A DNA stretch of 64,000 nucleotides from Sphaerodactylus townsendi. Its lineage: Eukaryota. The notes beneath the pieces are model-generated. The model saw only the letters and a list, made by a program, of their open reading frames with translations. It was not told the origin of the DNA and made no database searches. Made by a program: the position numbers and the translations under genes. The stretch lies in NCBI RefSeq assembly GCF_021028975.2, contig NC_059427.1, forward strand, positions 156,178,001 to 156,242,000, written 5' to 3'. Shown in pieces: positions 60,840 to 64,000 of this stretch. Each line of letters begins with the position of its first letter. The stretch's first letter is position 1.

Positions 60840-61280
60840 TGAGTGTGTGTGTGTTCTGTGTGTGTGTTGGGGGAGCTGGATGTTCTGTTTTAGATGAATA
60901 TTCGGGGCATATGCTAATAATTATTACGCAGGCAAGGGAAGAATGTAGTTATTTTGCTCTGTGCGTTTACAAACCGGGAACAAAACAAAAGGAAAATGGA
61001 CCCTGGTAGGTTTTTTCCCCCTCTCCCCTTTCTTTTTTTTCAAAATAAACGTGGGGCAAGGTTTTACAAAAAAAAAAGAATAAAGGGGGGAAAACAGCAC
61101 AGGAGCTAGAAGTAGCAGATGAACTGATGGCTGATTTAAATGTAAGAAGAAAAAGAAAGCGAAGGAGAAAGTTGGAAGGAAAAGTCAATAGCTAGAATAT
61201 TTTTTTTTGGTTGGGATTTTTCTTTTTGTCGTGGTTCTTGTGTTTTTTGGACTGATTTTACATGATCATTGTAAACTTGC

Positions 61281-61328
61281 AATAAAAGAGTTTTAGTGTA
61301 TCTGTGAAAAGTCCCCTTGTTCAATAAA
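61281..61328 (+). terminator. Probable HOXC4 polyadenylation signals (tandem AATAAA)
   Basis: AATAAA at 61281-61286 and 61323-61328. Confidence 0.55.
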
Positions 61329-64000
61329 ACCAGTGAGTGTGACACAGATTGACTTTGGAAATGCCTGGTGAGTTATTTTGCCTTTTTTTTGTGTGTGGGG
61401 GGGTGGCTTCTTACTAAGGGAGGGCTGGGAGAGGGGGGTTATTATGGGGCACTGATTTCCTAAGATATGGGGACTGTTGTCAGTTAAATTTAAGAAGCTT
61501 CTTAAAGACATCTTCTATGTCCCTGAATCAGTGGCCAATTTGCCACTGTGTTTGGAGATTGTGCCCTTTGTACCCTGTGACATCACAACATGGGGACAAT
61601 TTGCTCCAACCCTTTGATTCTACTAGGATGCCTTGGGAATATAAAAAGTGTGGGTTTAAAAAGGAAATAACCCTGTCCTTGTATCTCCTACATGTAAATC
61701 AGGGTGTATTGTTAACGGGCTTCTCTTGCATGAGCATCTCTGTAGTTATAAAAAAAATGAAGGTTTCCTTTACTCCCCTTTCTTTCATTCTCTGCAAACT
61801 AAGTGAGCTTTAGCCCCCTCCCATCCTAAGCCCCCTCCCATCCTAAGCATTGAATACATTGTTAACATTGACACTGCTGTAGATATGATGGGAAGAAATT
61901 GTAGTGAATCAGGATTTGTTTGTTTCCCTGGGGGAAGATGAAAGGGAGATTGGGAGGAGTATAGAAATGCTTGCAAAGGGAACCTACAGTGTGTGTGTGT
62001 GTATANNNNNNNNNNNNNNNNNNNNNNNNNNNNNNNNNNNNNNNNNNNNNNNNNNNNNNNNNNNNNNNNNNNNNNNNNNNNNNNNNNNNNNNNNNNNNNN
62101 NNNNNNNNNNNNNNNNNNNNNNNNNNNNNNNNNNNNNNNNNNNNNNNNNNNNNNNNNNNNNNNNNNNNNNNNNNNNNNNNNNNNNNNNNNNNNNNNNNNN
62201 NNNNNNNNNNNNNNNNNNNNNNNNNNNNNNNNNNNNNNNNNNNNNNNNNNNNTATGTTCCCATTGCTAGTGGAAAGGGTTGTGTTTTGAAGTATACCTTT
62301 CTCCAATAAAAGCTTGTTTAAAGAGGCTTGTGGTTGTACTCCATCAAGATTATAACAGCCCAAACAACTGGTAAAGAGATTTGAAGTAAAGGGATTTGAA
62401 GGCCCTATTGCCTTTCATGCCCTTCCATGTGGATCTTTTGGCCTTCGTTCTTAATCATGCTGGTTCTTAATCATGCAGTAGTAATATTAGCATGTGTGTT
62501 TCCTGCTCTTTTCAGTATTAGTATTGTTAAAGAGCCAAGAAACTACCCCTCAGAAGTTCTGGAGGTTGAGTCAAGGAGTGGGGTTTGAAGGGGACCTCTT
62601 TTCCGCCTTTGATTTCTTTCTCTCTCTGTGTGTGCCTCTCTCCACCCAACCCCCAACCTCAATGATCTTGATATCCATTAAGTAAATCGGAGGCAGGCCG
62701 GGAGAAAGTAATTGACAAGAGGATACAGATTATGGGAGTAATCTACATCTCATTCAAGTCAAAGCAGAACTGGTATCGATTTTAAATGGGTCAGAATTAC
62801 ACACTCGGTGGCTGTAATCCAGACCCGCTTGGAAGCCAATGGCCCAGAAACCCTCAAAATCAATGAATCAGATGAGATGTGCCTCTGCCTGTTAGTTGTA
62901 TTGCTTCCTATGCTTTACTTTGCCGATTAAAAGAATCCAGGAAAGCATTCCTGTACTGGTTAATGTAGCCCAGGGCTGTATTTGCACACTTCCGGATTAT
63001 TAAACAACATGGGCTAGGTTGAGAAGCATTGTTGGGTAAGAGTGTTTCCTTCCTATGGTCAGGCCTGCTGTGTGTGTGGTGGCTGGAGGTGGGGGGGAAG
63101 TAAAGTGGCACACTTACTTTGGAGCAAGCGCCCCTGAACTCTGTTAGGTTTACTTCTATGCAAACAGGGAGGGGATTGGGCTTCAAAACTGAATTCGTCA
63201 AGACTAGAAGTGATCTCTCTCCGAGTGCTGTGTCTGTGTGCCTCTGAATAAAAAATCTGCTGCAAAAGAGGTGATGAGGGAGAGAAGAGTCCTGTCCCCC
63301 CACAGGCACAAATGGCACAGTAAACAAAGAATAAACAAAGTCCGGACTTGCCAGTCACGCTGCTGCCTGCCCCACAGGCCACATGTAGCAAAGTGGATCT
63401 TGCGGGATTCCAGAACACCCAACCCAGTCACACTTCGCCGCCTCTCTCCCCTGGAAAGTGTCACTCCCAAGAACTTCTACAGCAAGTGACTCTGGGAAAC
63501 TGGATGAGTGCATATGTAGCTGTGCTTGGGAGTGTGTTGCTTTGTGGTGTTTTGTGTTTTAATTTCACACGCAGCCTTCAGAACGTGATGGATACTTGGC
63601 CAAGTGTCTGCCAGGGAATCAGGCTGAATGTGCTCGGCCCTTTGTGTGTGTGTATGTGTAAGTGTCTCTGTGTGTGTTCTCTGTTGTGTGCCTAGGAGGG
63701 GGGGGGGACATCCATCTCTTTTGCAACTGTATAGTCTGCATATTCAGTTTTTAACAGAAAACCTTTCGGGAACAGCACCTTTAAATAGGACCTGTATACA
63801 CCTACAACCCCACCCCACCCTTTCATCTTGGAGTTGACTTCAGTGTTTATCTCCTGCGATCCTTTGTGACCTTTCTTCCTTTTCTTCCTCTCTTTTAATA
63901 TTTCATATTCTTTGGTCTTTAGACTTGGCCATGACACAATTCTTGCTGGATAGAGAGCTTATGAATGACTTAGAAAGGCAGGCAAGCAGGGGGTAAAGGG

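Noticed and set aside
60445-64000. HoxC3 (retained in some reptiles)
   Set aside because: No Hox3-like exon lies in the remaining 3.5 kb. It could lie beyond the window.

Overview
This window is vertebrate genomic DNA covering the 3' half of a HoxC cluster. It holds four two-exon homeobox genes on the + strand: HOXC8 (4990-5425, 6997-7289), HOXC6 (27243-27642, 28561-28871), HOXC5 (32521-33001, 33706-33920) and HOXC4 (59032-59494, 60089-60444). All have GT-AG introns and intact frames. The repeat content (Squam3-like tRNA SINEs, Penelope-type ends) suggests a squamate, probably a gecko; this is an inference. Recognisable non-coding elements include the Hoxc8 early enhancer, a CTCF motif, miR-196 sites in the HOXC8 3'UTR, a probable shared distal promoter and non-coding exon for HOXC6/5/4, a Hox5-Hox4 intergenic promoter, a DR5 retinoic acid response element and the Hox4 intronic homeodomain element. 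Three things stand out. (1) A miR-10c hairpin has a changed 5p seed (UCCCCUGC instead of UACCCUGU) while the 3p arm and stem are kept. (2) Four short Penelope-derived insertions with target-site duplications sit between HOXC5 and HOXC4; three are fold-back palindromes, and one carries an intact minimal hammerhead ribozyme that its own inverted arm would sequester. (3) The HOXC4 leader has a uORF whose stop overlaps the start codon (TAATG), plus an open in-frame upstream ATG. Six assembly gaps (834-1043, 16855-16999, 26434-26566, 54507-54647, 56302-56591, 62006-62252) limit what can be seen. Comparisons to other species are from memory, not from searches.
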